A stretch of DNA of 64,000 bases from Azolla caroliniana (Eukaryota > Plantae > Polypodiophyta). The position numbers were made by a program, and so were the translations under genes. This document shows, in pieces, positions 1 to 17,700 of this stretch (its first letter is position 1; each line of letters opens with the position of its first letter). The notes under the pieces were generated by a model, which was given only the letters and a program-made list of their open reading frames with translations, was not told the DNA's origin and did no database searches. The DNA is taken from contig JBHGNT010000001.1 of NCBI GenBank assembly GCA_043228905.1, positions 29,450,001-29,514,000 on the forward strand, given 5' to 3'.

Positions 1-395
1 CATCACTTGTGTAGAAGGTAAATGAATGAGTGTATGTGAATTTCGTAATGAAGTGTATAGAATAATGAAGAAGCAAACTTCTACTTTCTGTAAAAGCAAA
101 TACAAAATTAAATATGTTTTTAGAAAGCACAGTATTCAATCTTGATACAGAATCATGCACATTAATGTACAAAATTCTCTTAGAAATTTTGCAGTTACTT
201 GATAAACATCTAGTTTTCTTAACCTAGCAATTGAATACTCTTGCAGGAAATGTAGGTACGTTTTTAATTCATTAAAGACATAAGCTGTGACATTATGTGT
301 GCCTATAGCATATCATGCAGAACTTAATCGTATTCGCAAAAGAAACTGTGTATATTGAAAATGAAAAGCAATACACGGAGTAGGGTAGGAACAAC

Positions 396-3851
<3,456 letters not shown>

Positions 3852-3862
3852 GGGGCGTCTTT

Positions 3863-4432
3863 GGGGGGGGGGGGGGGGGGGGGGGGGTCCTTGAGGTCTT
3901 CTCCCCTTAGAGCTCTCTCTCTCTGTCTCTGTCTCTGTCTCTGTCTCTGTCTCTCTGGTGGGTGACTCGTGAGCTTGCTTGCTGCTTGCTTTCTTTTTGA
4001 TGTTGCTTCAGAGAAGGAAGGAAGGAAGGAAGAAGAAGAATGACAAGTGTGTTTTTTTCTCTTAAAGAAGGGAAGGGGAAGGGGAAGTGTTATACTGTAT
4101 ACATATATGTATCATGTATACATACATGTATATATACGTGTATGTATACATGTATGTATGTATGTATGTACGCATCCATTTCTCCTTCTCCTTTGGCCGA
4201 GGGACCTAGTACCCCAGAACCATGCCTTCTTCAAGACCCCCAAAAAAACCGTCGGAAATATCCGGGACCTCCCCCCCGCCCAAAGAGGTCGTCAATAGAA
4301 CCGGTCGAGCCCCAATCAGTCCTTCCTGTTTCACCATGTTCTGAGGTTTGCATCTTCGAGAAATTCCGGGAGAATGTAATGGCACTTTGTAACAATCGAT
4401 CCCACTTTGTGCTCGTGATCAACTCGTTGGCC

Positions 4433-4469
<37 letters not shown>
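3863..4469. repeat. Low-complexity UBP12 leader/promoter: G25, (CT)/(CTCTGT)n, (GAAG)n, (TATG)n, C36
   Basis: Directly visible: G run 3863-3887, CT-rich 3913-3956, purine-pyrimidine alternation about 4095-4152, C run 4434-4469. Confidence 0.9.
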
Positions 4470-4470
<1 letters not shown>

Positions 4471-7017
4471 TGAGGATGCAAGCTAAGCTAATCTTCAACT
4501 GAGTTCCTTTCAATATCTTTGAGGTGATGACCATTGTTAATATGATCGACATAAGAAACCTAGTTTGCTATTAAATAAATGTTCATATGGTGCATTTCGT
4601 GGTTTGAAAGTGAATGGAAGCGAGAAGAGGTCGAGGATTGTATGTAGATAGAGGTATGCATCCCTCTCGTCTCCCTTTTAACTCTACCAAGTTACCCTTC
4701 TATTCGAGCCAATTGTCTCAAAATTGGTGCTTTGAGGAGTCTTGTAGCTTCGTCTTAGTACACTGGTGTTGCGTCCATCCCCTTAGTTGTGGAAGGCAAT
4801 TGGAAAGCCATGCTTTTAGTTGTACGATGTTAGTGCGCGTGATATCAATGAAGAATTATGAACCACAATAATACTTCTATCGGAACACCTTGAAGTTTAC
4901 AAAACACGGATTGCTTTCTCAATATCGTGACGTGTTTATTTGTTTCATAAATTTACAACAACCTACGACCAATCGAATCCTAAAGGATGTAGGGGTTACA
5001 TGACATGTATAAATATGCACCCCTTTCATGTTTGTTGTAGTGAGGAAGGCCTTACTTTGTTGGCATCATCTAATGATTATTTGGGGATTGGTATTTACTC
5101 CATACTTTCCATTTCTACAAATCCATCTATGCAATTTTCTTTTTATTGTTTTTATGAAAATTGTATGTACTTGTTTATAACAAAGTTGTCATTTCTTTGT
5201 ATATTTCCCCCCACTAGAAAACATTTTTGTAATCCAACGATAATTATTGCATTATACTTCATTTTATTATGTATTCCTTTTTATGTATTTGTATTTATAT
5301 ACTCTTTTTTTGGTTGTGTGCGAGTTTTGGCTAGAAATTCTTGCATCAATAAAGTGTTGGTAATTCTACGGAGTATATTGTTATAAGTTATGGTGTTATG
5401 GAAAACAAAACCCTTTTTAAGTGTCAAGAACATCAACATTGTTGATATAATGCTCGAGTATTTTTTTTCAAAGAAAGATGCACCTTAGTATATTACTTGA
5501 AAACTGTACATAGAGAAAACACAAGGAGACATTTCATCTCACTTCTATTGTTGATATAATGCTCATGTTCTTGGATCTTTTGAAATAACGTTGAAATATT
5601 AGCCATATTGTTTACAAGAACTTCGTCAACTTGAATAAATAAAGCTATGGAGTGAAAATGATATTTGTGATTTTTTTATGTCTAAACTATGAGTGTCTCA
5701 ATATTCATATACTCAATCATCATACTTTTTCACAAAGGAAGGAAATGTGTAATGCCAACTATTGTACTTTCATATATTGTAGAAGTGTTAATGGTATAGA
5801 TACTAAAAGCATGGACAATATATTACGCAAAGAGAGAATATACGGTGGCTTTGAGGCAAACAAGCAAGATGGTGTTTTCTAAACCACAATTTATAAGATT
5901 TAATCATGAATGCATTTGTTGATGAGATCCTCAAGTTAAATCTAACATAAACATGATCTAATGGTTAAGCTACTTAGGATTGTTACTTCATCATTTGTTT
6001 CTCTATTTCGAGTTTTGTGTTTCACAAATTAGGGTCTTTGCTTATGAGCTCAAGATCGAGGCTTTCTGTGTTTTTCATGTTAGGATTTAAAGCTCAAACA
6101 TGGTTTACGATTTAGAGTTTAGGACACAAGTTCTAGGCAATGCATTGCCGAATACAACAAAACCATCGAAGAACATTCAAATGACATGATCTCATATGTC
6201 GTTTCCATTTTGAGAGAGGGTTCATGAGGTGGAGTACTGATCAAATAATTTTTTCATCATGTTGATGTAAATTTGCATCGTTGAACTCCTAGTAATAAAA
6301 TTCCATTATGCATATAAATTCACGATTTTGTATGTCATTTACCTCGTCTTCGACTATATATGTAGGGTTTTAGAGCTAATATGCATATGAAGCAACTAAT
6401 TTAGCGTTCAAGGATTGGGACTATAAGGTTTAAAAATGTATGGTTTTAGAGAAATACGTAGTAAACAACTTAGAGTTGTTACATTTGCTTGTGAGAGATT
6501 GAAGGTTTCATCTTCTCTTTCGAGTGATTGGGATGTTTCCATAAAAGAAGAGAAAATCATACTGTTTAAAGCTTTAGCAATGTCCCAGAATACCATGACA
6601 TGACAATATATGAAATAAGTAAAGAGTTTCATAAAACTGAGCACAAACATCATAAATAGATATGGAATAATTTGGGCAACAGAAAGTAGATCGATATTGA
6701 AGCCATGGTTTTGCCTTAACTTACATGGCAAATTTTTTAAATGTTAGGACTATGTTTATTTTCTAGTGATAAAGGCAACCATAAAAGATCCACAGGTCTA
6801 ACATTTAAAATTGCACTGATACATGATCCGACAATGAAACGGAAAAAAGCTGTGGTTCCTCTTCCCAAGCAATGGGATGCAGGGGCAGGGGTATTCTGGT
6901 AATTTATGAAAACTTAACACAGTGGTAGTATGCATGGTGCAGCTATGTATGTACTCAGTGCTGCTGCTTATTTGAAGGCCAGAGGCAGAGGACAGAGGAG
7001 GCAGAGAGGGTGAAGAG

Positions 7018-7167
7018 ATGTTATACTTCGTGGGTTTAGGTTTAGGAGACGAGCAGGACATAACCCTGCGTGGCCTGGAGGTCGTTCGTGGATGCCAGTC
7101 CGTCTACCTGGAAGCTTACACCTCCCTCCTCTGCTTTGGGCTCGGCCATTCTGCCATCTCTACCCTG

Positions 7168-7216
<49 letters not shown>

Positions 7217-10200
7217 GGAGAGAGAAAGAAAGATATATCAACGTCTTCTAAGACCAAAATTGGCCCATGAGACAATTGGTTTACAACAAAAATGCGGTAT
7301 TCATCCATTCATGGAAAGTAGAGAGAGAGAGAAGAGGGATTTTACTATTATCTTTGGAGGTCAAACGTGGCCCATAAGCCAAAGTAATTCATTTTCACTT
7401 TATATGTTGGAATTTTTCCGAGAAAAGAATTTTGCTAGTGAATGTAGAGAGGTCAAAAGAGAGACAAATCCCAGATTCCGCCATCACGTTGGCATGCTTA
7501 TCAATTCGGAACAGCCCATAAAAAGGAAATCATCCCCTCTGTTGCGTCTCTTGATTCATTATTGGAAATCAATGCTCAAAGATCCTCCTTGTATAGCACA
7601 CATGATAGCTTGCAAAGAAATTCTCACCAAGCTTAAATACTGGCTTTTCAAAAGTTATTTTGTGGAGAAGTGAACAGCAAGCTCACTTCAATTTGAATAG
7701 GATGGTGAATCTTATCTTCTCTCTATTTCTTGTGCACGCTTGTCTGAACAATTCGAGCAATTGATTAGAGAGTTTCATGTTCCTGGAGGGTACCATTCTT
7801 TAGGGCAACCATGTCAGATACATTGTGTGTATTGCAACCCTTTGCACACCTAGACTTGGATGCCGTTGCCAATATTGAAATATTAATGATAGGCAGATCC
7901 TAGAGTGTACATATACCAGTCAGGGATATCATTTGCTCATATATAATGAGCCAATGTTGACGGATAAGGTCAACACATTCTGCAAAGGCCACAGTTGGTG
8001 GAAATTCATGATTTTTGTGGTCTGACTTGATAAAACCCTCATTTAACCTATAAAGTATCTGTTTGGTGCATGCTGATAGGTTGGTTCTCACGTGCTGCTG
8101 TATTCTCAAGTAGCAACATTTCAAGTAGGGTTTTTTATCTTGCCTGGTGGCACAACACATCTAGTATCTACTATCATGAGTGTGACATTCTGTTGCAGGG
8201 GGAATCATGCACCCATGCGATCGAATTTTTGTTAACCAAAACTAGAGTCTTTGTGCAATTGGACGTGATGGTTGTGTCGAACTTTCTGTGGTTTTGGGGC
8301 TCTTACCATAGTTAGAATCTATGGAATGTTTTCATCTTTCCCATTCTGGAATGCACAGTCATATTGACAGTTCGAGAGGTCTCTTTCACTGGCAGTTCAG
8401 TACCATTGCCTATTTGGGTCTTATTATCAAGGAAGATTTGTCTCCTTGGCATGCGGCGCTCTTGTGGTTTCTTTGTTAGGAATGTAATAGGTTTGTGACT
8501 TTTGGATTACAAATGCACTGAAATGTGCAGGTCTTTACCTGTCAAGTATGAAGGTTATTAGTATTGCATTTGGATTCAATGATATGCATGCCCATTCAGT
8601 GCTCCTGGTTGTGTTATGCTGGTAAATATTGCCTGGGTATTTGAAAGAATGTTCAAATTTGATACTGCCACTTTGTTACAGGCCGTGGAAGGCCACAGAG
8701 AGAGAGAGGTCATTTTGAAACCAGCTTCTGCAAAGCTATATATATACTGTGGCTGTTTAGAGCTTTTTGTTTCAGATGGGAGGAATGCATAGAATTTTTT
8801 GAGAGACATGTTATTATTTTTGAAATTAGCTTCTATGAAGTGATATATTGATATGGGTTATTTGTTACTGCAGGAGAAACTTTATGGCCGACGTGTAATT
8901 TTAGCTGATAGAGAAACAGTTGAACAAGGTGCAGATCAAATATTAGAGCAGGCCAAATCTTCTGATGTTGCTTTTCTTATTGTTGGAGATCCATTCGGGT
9001 AGTTTTCTGTTATTATAGAGCTTTCCGGCTGTTTTATGTTCTTGTGACAACTTCGATGAATGAGATATGATAAATCTGGAACCCTTTTTGATGAATATTC
9101 ATTAGTGTCATGAAAGAAAACTATTAACCTGGATTTGCAAAGCATCCCGAAAGAGCCTCATTGCTACCATTGAATTTTTATTCTGGAGGTCTATATAGTA
9201 TGTGCATACTTGATCAAGAATTTATTTTAACTTTGGTGGTTGTTGACATTACAAACTGTGGGCTTTGGATTAGAGGGTTATATAGTCTCATTGGCATCGA
9301 GTGTTGTTAGTAGCAACAACACTCGATGGAGCTTGCCAAGATAGAGAAATATTTCACTATGCAGATGTATAATTTCTTTATCTATCTATAAAATAATTTG
9401 CTTATAATAAATAGGGCATCGTTACAAAAGTAATTATGATTAGACTACAACAGTTTTTAAATAATTGACAGCGCAACGACACACACAGATCTCGTTGTTC
9501 GGGCATGGAAAATGGATGTGAAAGTGCAAGTAATACATAATGCATCAGTTATGAATGCAGTTGGTGCTTGTGGATTACAGTTGTATCGCTTTGGAGAAGC
9601 CATCTCCATCCCTTTCTTCACAGATACATGGAGGCCAGACAGTTTCTATGACAAAATAAAATCCAATAGACTTCTTGGTCTTCATACTTTATGCCTCCTA
9701 GGTGAAGCTTAACAAGACATTTATTATCTTCTAATCTTTTTAAAATTTTCCAAATGTCGAGCTGAGCTAACATACCTCAGATTGTGGGATTTTATAGATA
9801 TAAGAGTGAAGGAGCCTACAATAGAATCTCTATGCAGGTAATGCAACTTTATAAGTGAATGATGTTGCTAAGGTGAATAAGGAAGAAAGAAGAAAGAAGA
9901 AAGAAGAAAGAAAATATTGTCTTTGAAGATGCTGCAAATGCTTAACTAGACTAAAAAAACGTTGCCAGTGAAATAGTTATTGTTTTGTATCTAAAAAAGT
10001 TGAACGTGGCCTATAATGATTAAGTTACTTAAATGTAAATGAATGATGTTATAGTGAATATATTACTTGGAAGGAAAGAAAGATAGAGAGGGCCAAGTGC
10101 TAGTAATGTCTCTAATGTTGCCAAAGTGTTTAACCTGAAGAGACATAGAAAATCTTTTACAATCATGATGTCATGCGATAATGCTCTATGTGCAATCATG

Positions 10201-10652
10201 TTTGGATGAATTTTTCATTGGCATGGTGGGATAGGGGGAAGAAGGAATACGAACCCCCAAGATATATGACAATCAATACAGCAATAGAGCAATTGCTCGA
10301 GGTTGAGGAGGGCCAACAGGGTGGTGGTATGTATATGTTCTTCACATGAAGTATCAAATATATATTTTGTTTTGTGGTTCTTGTAAAGTTATAGACCAGG
10401 GTATAAACAGAATGAAGTTCTTGTGTTATTTTAACATCTCGTTTTTTGTTTTCAGCTTACGATGAAACAACGCTTTGTGTGGGGTTAGCTCGCTTAGGCA
10501 ACACAACACAAAAGATTGTTTCAGGTCAGATGAAGGATCTTATCAAGGTAGAATTTGGGCCACCACTCCATTGCTTAGTCATTCCAGGCAATACACATCC
10601 GATGGAAGATGAGATGCTTTCCTTTTTTGCCATAGAGAGGACTACTAGTTAG
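7018..10652 (+). CDS. DPH5: Diphthine methyl ester synthase (DPH5), 6 exons
   Basis: Exons approx 7018-7167 ([29 protein letters not shown]), 8875-8998 ([15 protein letters not shown]), 9472-9701 ([34 protein letters not shown]), 9798-9837 (DIRVKEP), 10235-10326 ([10 protein letters not shown]) and 10456-10652 ([26 protein letters not shown], stop). All introns GT-AG. Confidence 0.96.
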
Positions 10653-12440
10653 TGTGGCTTTTCATATTAAGTCATTATTTTGGGAGAAACTCAATATCGT
10701 AATATATGCAGTGCTTAGCTTAACAAATAATTGTTTGTATTTGCACTCTGCGACGCCGAAGAATTGTTTTTGTAGAGCTTTCAATATCTTTTATTCCTCC
10801 ATTTTAAGCATTTTTTAAAACTATGCAAAGCAATGACATCCTTCAGTTATGGACAATGTAATTTGAAACCTTTTTATTCTTATTATGTGTTTATGTAATT
10901 AGTTTAAGATGGTAACAATTAAACATCAATTAAGGACTTGTAATTCACATGATTGAATGGCTAAATTTAAAACATTGAAAATTTTCATGTGCATATTGAT
11001 GTGGATAAATCTAAATTAATGTGATGTATAGTGGTTTATTTCACACCAATGTTGAGAATATATATATATAGATAGATAGATAGATGTTTGTGGCTGTAAA
11101 ATTTTTGAGAAAAGAATTGCAACCATGATTCTCAAGTTTTCTTTTACAAAATATTACGCATTTTGATATTGTATTGTCTTAATTCACATACAGCTCACAA
11201 TTGATCCTTTATGCTCATACTTAATACCCAAATTATTGGAGTTTTAGTGTGGGTGTTTTGGGCAACTGATTCAATCATCATAAACAATTCAACCAAGGTA
11301 TGTGATTCATCAATTATTTGAAATTTTACTTTTGTTCATTAGGAGCAAATCAAATTATTTCCATTGTATTAGAGGGGGAAAGGAGAAAATGAGAGCAACC
11401 CTCAAGGGATTAACTTGAATGGTTAAGATTTTGGTTTCCAAATCTATAGTTCATATATTAACAACATTGGAGACATGTGATGTATCAATTGTTTGATTAA
11501 TTGAAAATAAACTTATTCCATTTCATGATAAATCATTTGATTTCAATTGTGTTGGGTGAAAGACAAAAAACAAGAGTAAATTTCAACAAAAAGGATAATT
11601 CTACAAGAGAATGAACTATATCTATAATTTGGTTTTGGGAAATGTAATGCATATACTCGCCAAATATATGCGTAAATATTCCTTGAAGCTTTATTCAGAC
11701 TCTTGCGTATTTAGCTTCTCAAAATATTCTTTATTTTCTCTTTTCCTTTTTGTACCATAAAGCAAAGTGTTTTCTTTTGTGTGATACCTTAGAAGCAACC
11801 CATGTTTATAGGTACTATGAATGTGGATTCCAATCTCATTGACCGCGTCAATTAGATAGACGACCTTATAGAGTCCCCCATATGACACTCTGGTGCCCTC
11901 TTAATGACCTTATCAAAACCTTGGCCTTTGCGGTGTTTGCTTGAATAATATTATCATTCGATCTTCAACTCCATTTTCCCTCCTCTTAGGAACGTTGCGT
12001 TGTCTCACTTGTTTCAGGGAGATAATGCATCTTGACATGATCTTACCAAATGTTGTCCACATACAGAATGTCGAATCTTTAGAGGAATATTTTCATCGAG
12101 TAATGACCACCAGGATTCCCGTGCACCAAACCAAAATATTGCATCATAGATATCCATTTCCTCAAATGCGATTCAGGTTTTTAATGGCCTTACAAGACGT
12201 CCCTCTCCCTACGTAGGCATATACGATAGGTAGAGGAGACTAAAAAGTGTTGTAACTAAGTGGATTTTACATACAATTAATATAATTACGTGTTTTTACC
12301 AAAGAGAGAGGGGGGGGGGGGGTATTTGTGGGGTGTATGGGGGAGGGGTAGTCTTTGTCAATTTCCAAAACTGGAAGCATAATAACAAAGAAAACAGAGT
12401 GCTCCTCTCCTTGTCCCTCTCTCTCTCTCTCTCTGCAAAC

Positions 12441-12526
12441 ATGAATGTGGAGGAGGAGATCCAACAGCTGAAGCTGCAGATCCAACGGCTAGGATCTCCC
12501 TTACCCGATGGAACTTACTCGGTGAG

Positions 12527-12565
<39 letters not shown>

Positions 12566-13226
12566 CAATAATATTCAGCCAGTTCGTATTTTCAATGTTA
12601 GTGAGGATGCGTGCATTAGTTTGATTGGACATCTTGCCTGCTTCAGCATGGGTGCGGGATTACGATCTTGGTTATAAAAAGGCGGCCCTCTTTGATTTTC
12701 CCAATATTTAGTATTAATGTGGCTGCAATAGTAGTGAAACTTATACCAAATTGAACCTTTTCTCCATCTCCATTTCATGTGAAAGTATTCCATTTTGTGG
12801 CTGAATAAATCATGAACTCATGTTCTCCGCTACCTTTCATTTCTTCTATGTGCACATCCAGATGTTGTCCTACACCATGTCTTGGACCTAGCTGGATAAA
12901 AGAAATTTGCTTTTGTTGTTTTTCTGTGGTAATCATCCATCCAATTTCCTATGAAGCCTTGGGGAGGCAATTTCGAGGCATTTTTCTTCCTGCAATATGT
13001 ACCTATAAACTAGAAGATATCTAGAAGATTTGAGTACCAGGTTGTGCCCTTAAACTTTAAATGACCATGAGATTTTGCTGAAATATGTCTTCCCCAAACC
13101 TGAGTTCCAAAAATCATGAATCAAATATTATGGCTCCCATCTTTGGGTTGTGGTACATGCTCTCAAATTCTTAGTTTTGATTTGTGCCCCGACTTCCATT
13201 CTCTTAGTTAGTTATTTGTTCACATG

Positions 13227-13260
<34 letters not shown>

Positions 13261-13465
13261 TTAACGTCTTCTAAAACCAAAATTGATTATCTCGTTTTAG
13301 GTGAAGTTTGGTGTGTTGTTTAATGATGACCAGTGTGCGAATCTTTTTGAGGCACTTCTGGGTACATTACGAGCTGCAAAGAAACGCAAGATTGTGAAGT
13401 TTGAAGGAGAGCTTCTTTTGCAGGGAGTCCATAACAATGTAGAGATATATCTGTTGAAGACATAA
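12441..13465 (+). CDS. Costars-family (ABRACL-like) small protein, 2 exons; second exon not shown in the ORF track
   Basis: Exon 1 12441-12521 MNVEEEIQQLKLQIQRLGSPLPDGTYS, then GTGAGT donor and TTTTAG acceptor. Exon 2 13301-13465 VKFGVLFNDDQCANLFEALLGTLRAAKKRKIVKFEGELLLQGVHNNVEIYLLKT, stop. Carries the Costars signature FEAL.GTLRAAKKRK..F.GELLLQG.H. Confidence 0.94.
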
Positions 13466-13539
13466 GCACAGTTCTATGCGAATCTACAATAAGTCAGCGC
13501 ATAGTTGAAAACGAAGAGGTTCTTGAATTTGTGTATTGT

Positions 13540-13673
13540 GACTAAGATTGAAGACAAATATTGTCCAATACATTTCTATTATATTGTTGAGTAAGAACAT
13601 GACAGGGACTAAGATTGAAGACAAATATTGTACAATACATTTCTATTATATTGTTGAGTAAGAACATGACAGG
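13540..13673. repeat. 67-bp tandem duplication downstream of the Costars stop codon
   Basis: GACTAAGATTGAAGACAAATATTGT(C/A)CAATAC...GAACATGACAGG at 13540-13606 and 13607-13673, one mismatch. Confidence 0.95.
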
Positions 13674-14011
13674 TTGTTTCACCATTAAATGGATGTCCCA
13701 AATGAAGCTCTAACTTTGTAATGTACTGCATCTACCATGGCATTAAAAATAGTATTATGACAAGCATACGGAACACTGAATGTCGCTTATTTTCATCATC
13801 CCTAATCATCTTGGGCTCAATGGCAATGACAAGCTCTGAGTCAGTCTCACTCTACGTTTGGCTACTTCATTTATTTCCTAAGGCCAATAATATGTCAACA
13901 AGATCTCAATATCCTACATGCTTTTTGTGCACATGAAGACTGCAAGGAGCTTCATTTATATGCCAAGGTAAGTGAATGCGTGTTCGTTCACTGTTCAATA
14001 AACATGTTACT

Positions 14012-14101
14012 TTGCTTAGTGTAATGGAGTGACACAGAGACAATCAAGCATCAAAGACCTCGTCCAACAACCCATCTGTGTCACTCCATTACACTAAGCA
14101 A
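14012..14101. repeat. Perfect 27-bp inverted repeat with a 36-nt loop
   Basis: TTGCTTAGTGTAATGGAGTGACACAGA (14012-14038) and its exact reverse complement at 14075-14101. Confidence 0.95.
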
Positions 14102-14787
14102 CCATGCAGATTTATTCCTTTCACAACTCATCACATACATATTTGTTATGCACATCATGCTTGTAATCTATCCTAGTTCTTGTGCTAATAGTGTAAATTG
14201 ACCTTCAATTAATCATTCCATATAAACCTTCAGAAAATGTATACTCAGATCGTACTCATATTTGTATAATAATTATTCATAGGTGGATTTCAGCATCTAT
14301 TAGATGATATAATAATATCTTTCTTTCTTTCTTTCTTTCTTCATATACCTCAGAATGCTGACACATATAGGGAGGACCATATCCCATTCACTAAACTCAA
14401 CACAGAAATGGATCACAACAATGTCTTCTCTACATGCAAGGAACAAACACTTTGGATTCGATAACAGATTAGTGTTATTGCTATTATCATTATATTTATT
14501 TAGTGCATGTCTCTTTTACATCAGTTCCTAAATGGTTTTCTCTGATGAGAATTACAGAGATACAATTGTAGGGTCGATGTAAACAATAAGTTGCATTGAT
14601 AGCTTCCCATGAGATAGATCCTTTCTATCCTTGGAAGAAGAAGAATAATGGACTTAAAATGTCCAAATCAAATAATTACATACGCAGGATTATAGATATA
14701 CATACCAAAAAATGTCGTACATGATAATGGCTACAAATAGAAATGATATACAATGATGAGATAAAACAGGATTGTCCTTTTGGGGCC

Positions 14788-17700
14788 TCAGCTCCTCTCC
14801 CAAATCTGGTAATCTGCACCCTTGTCAAGACATCGATTCCATTTGCCCTCTAGGTTGTTCTCTTTAGAGGGGTTCCAATCGAGGTGGCCCATCTTTATGA
14901 CTAAGTTATCACCTATTTGTGAGGCGTAGCCCTGGTTTGTTGCTTGATATATCTTCACAGGGCTTCGGCAATTCACCCCAGTACGATTCCTCACAGCTAT
15001 CAACTCGGCAATGGCATCCCGCAACCCGAAATCATAGAAATGGTCATAAAATATCACAGGCTGCCAATCAAACAATACACTCTGAAAATCATGCAAAATG
15101 TATATGTCCCTTCCAATTGTGTGAAATTAGTAGTTCTCATGTAGAGGAAATTAGAAGTGTTATTTACATAAATATTCAGATTCCAATCATTTTTTTGAAT
15201 AAGCACCAGCAAAGTCTTCTGTAACTTTCAAAAAACTTACTGTTCCAGGATGTGTGAGAATGTAAGCATATCCTTGCATGAGTTTATCTCGTGGAAAAGG
15301 CCAATGTCCCTATGTTGAACAACATCAGCAATCATGAAACTTCAGCATTTCATTTTACCCAATCGCATTCATTGATGATGCAAAATAAGTCATTGGGGAA
15401 CAACAGACTCTTACTACAAAATTTACAGTTCTACTGCTCTGTCTAATCTTTATGTTTAGAAGGAATTTTATGGATGGTTAAAAGTGATATAAAATTATAC
15501 AACGTGACTTTATCTATCTTCTCAATGGGAATTGTCCAGAATGTTTTAGTGCTAAAGGAAAAAATACCCATGTAACAGCAACAAATGGTACTAGGTGTGT
15601 TATATCTGGTTTAAGTCTAAATAGTGACAGCTTTCTTGTTTCCCAGGACACTAGATATCAAATGGCACTGTAATGAGCACTAAGGTATCATGAAGCCTAC
15701 CTGTGTGGAACCAGTGTCATGATTTTCCAAAAACGTGACTGCTCGTGATGGCCACCATCCCATGACACCAGGAGGCTTACCACTAGGATCAATCAGCCTC
15801 CAATACTGGTTATGTAGTGCTGAATGCAAAATTCCCTGTGAAAATATGGAAAAGTACAATGGGGTTAAATAGGCATAAGGTTCAGACAGGTTTAAATACA
15901 TTAGGTGTCAGAAACATATTTAAATTTACTTTCTTCAATAATACAGATATGTAAAACAAACCTTGGTTGTCACATCAAAGGCTGAGGAAGTGCCACCAGT
16001 TGCATTGATCCAATTAATTATTCGCTGTCTGTGTGCATCTGAAATGGAATATCTCAAAGCATGTCTAAATCAGCTCTTAGAATCGACTGTAGCATATATA
16101 TATATATTGTGGTGAATATATAATACCTTGATTGTAGCATACATTTCCACCCTCGTAAGCCAAACTGTCCCAATACTCTCCTATTGCAAAAGCTGGATCG
16201 GTTGCCTCAATATATTCCTTGACATAACCACCCCAAAAACCCCTGAGATCAAGAGTAAGTGATGTTGGGAATATAGGAATAGCAATTTGTCATCAACACA
16301 TGCAAAAAATATTGACTAAATACAAGGACCAAATTTACAGGTTTAAGGTAAACATCACGTTGAATCGTCATCGTCGTCAAAATTATCATTACCAAGATAA
16401 TCGAAAAAAGGTTCACAACAAGAACAAAATAAATGGCGTAGTTCCATAAAGTCAGATAACTACACACTAGAGCCCTGCAGTGCTAAACATACAGATTGCC
16501 TCCGGCCATGAAGTTTAATTGTGATTCATTGCATATGAGAAATTCAGACATATTCTTCCTTATTGAAAGAAAAACCTGACAAAATCCAATCGCCATCCAT
16601 CAAATCCAATTTCAGTCCGAAGCCATTTCATCCATTCTTTGATATCCCGTTGGACAAAGTCCTGAGAATGGTCAATGTTTGGTGCAGCATGGAAAAAATC
16701 ACCTGCACTAGTAGTGATACTGTAAGCACAAATAGATAGATCTCTAATCGTTATTACGGGTGGGATTACAGTAGCTTATAAACTAAAACAGGCATCCAGT
16801 AACATGTCCATACATATGATTTTTTAGATTAAATAATTCAACAATGTATCAATGATTCATTAGCTAATTCAGACGTCACTAAGATTATTTCAGTGAAAGA
16901 ATCATATTCATCAGCAATATCATATCAATCCCTTCATTGCATGCCAAATCAATTTGGTATCTCAAATAATTACCACTTGAAGGATTTCCACGGCCTTGAA
17001 AGTTGGGGTCATCTCTAACTATAGCCTCTGGGCCCCAAGCAAGTTTTCCACCAAAAACATTCCACACACCATTTGGACCCTGTATGACTAAGTTAAACCA
17101 AGTAATTGTAGGAATCGATAAAGAGGTGAATGTGTTGATCAGAATACCTTAAACTGCGCACATCTGTGGTTTAAAACAGCATCCCCTAGTACCTGTAGAA
17201 GAGATCAGGGTTTAGCATTCAGAGAAAAAGATTAATAATCGAGGAATCAATAAGGCGCACGTCTTCATTCATACCAACAGCTCATGATTGTGCATCTCTT
17301 CTATACAATTCTTAAGTTCTTCCTCAGTTCCATATGCCGAATTTAAGTTGTACAAGTCGCCCGGCATGTAACCTATAAAGTTGTAAACATTTTCAGCTTA
17401 CAGAATATTACAATCCAGTCTATATTTGCTTAAAAAATAGCAATTCCAAAACATTTCAATGCAGTATAACCTTGAGGTGAAACTGATTGAGTCGGTGGAG
17501 GAAACCAAATTGTCGTTACCCCACAGCTGTAAAGATCTGCTGCCTTGGGTCCCAACTCAAGATACCACTTCTTTCTCCAACTTTCCCAGTTGAAACCTTG
17601 AAACTGTGCAATGGTGAACAATTGACATAAGCTACACTAGAGGGAAAAAAACTGATGCAGGTATATTCTCATTGATGTGTCAATTGAACTGACTTTTAAT

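Noticed and set aside
4040-4552. ORFs with poly-Pro, poly-Gly and YVCMY-type runs
   Set aside because: Artefacts of homopolymers and microsatellites; no domain and no splice support.
7168-7673. 193-aa ORF with an ERERER tract
   Set aside because: Out-of-frame read-through of DPH5 exon 1 into the intronic (GA)n.
11405-11470. tRNA or SINE-like A-box fragment (also a B-box-like GGTTCAAAT at about 58031)
   Set aside because: No cloverleaf, no paired A and B boxes, no tail or target-site duplication.
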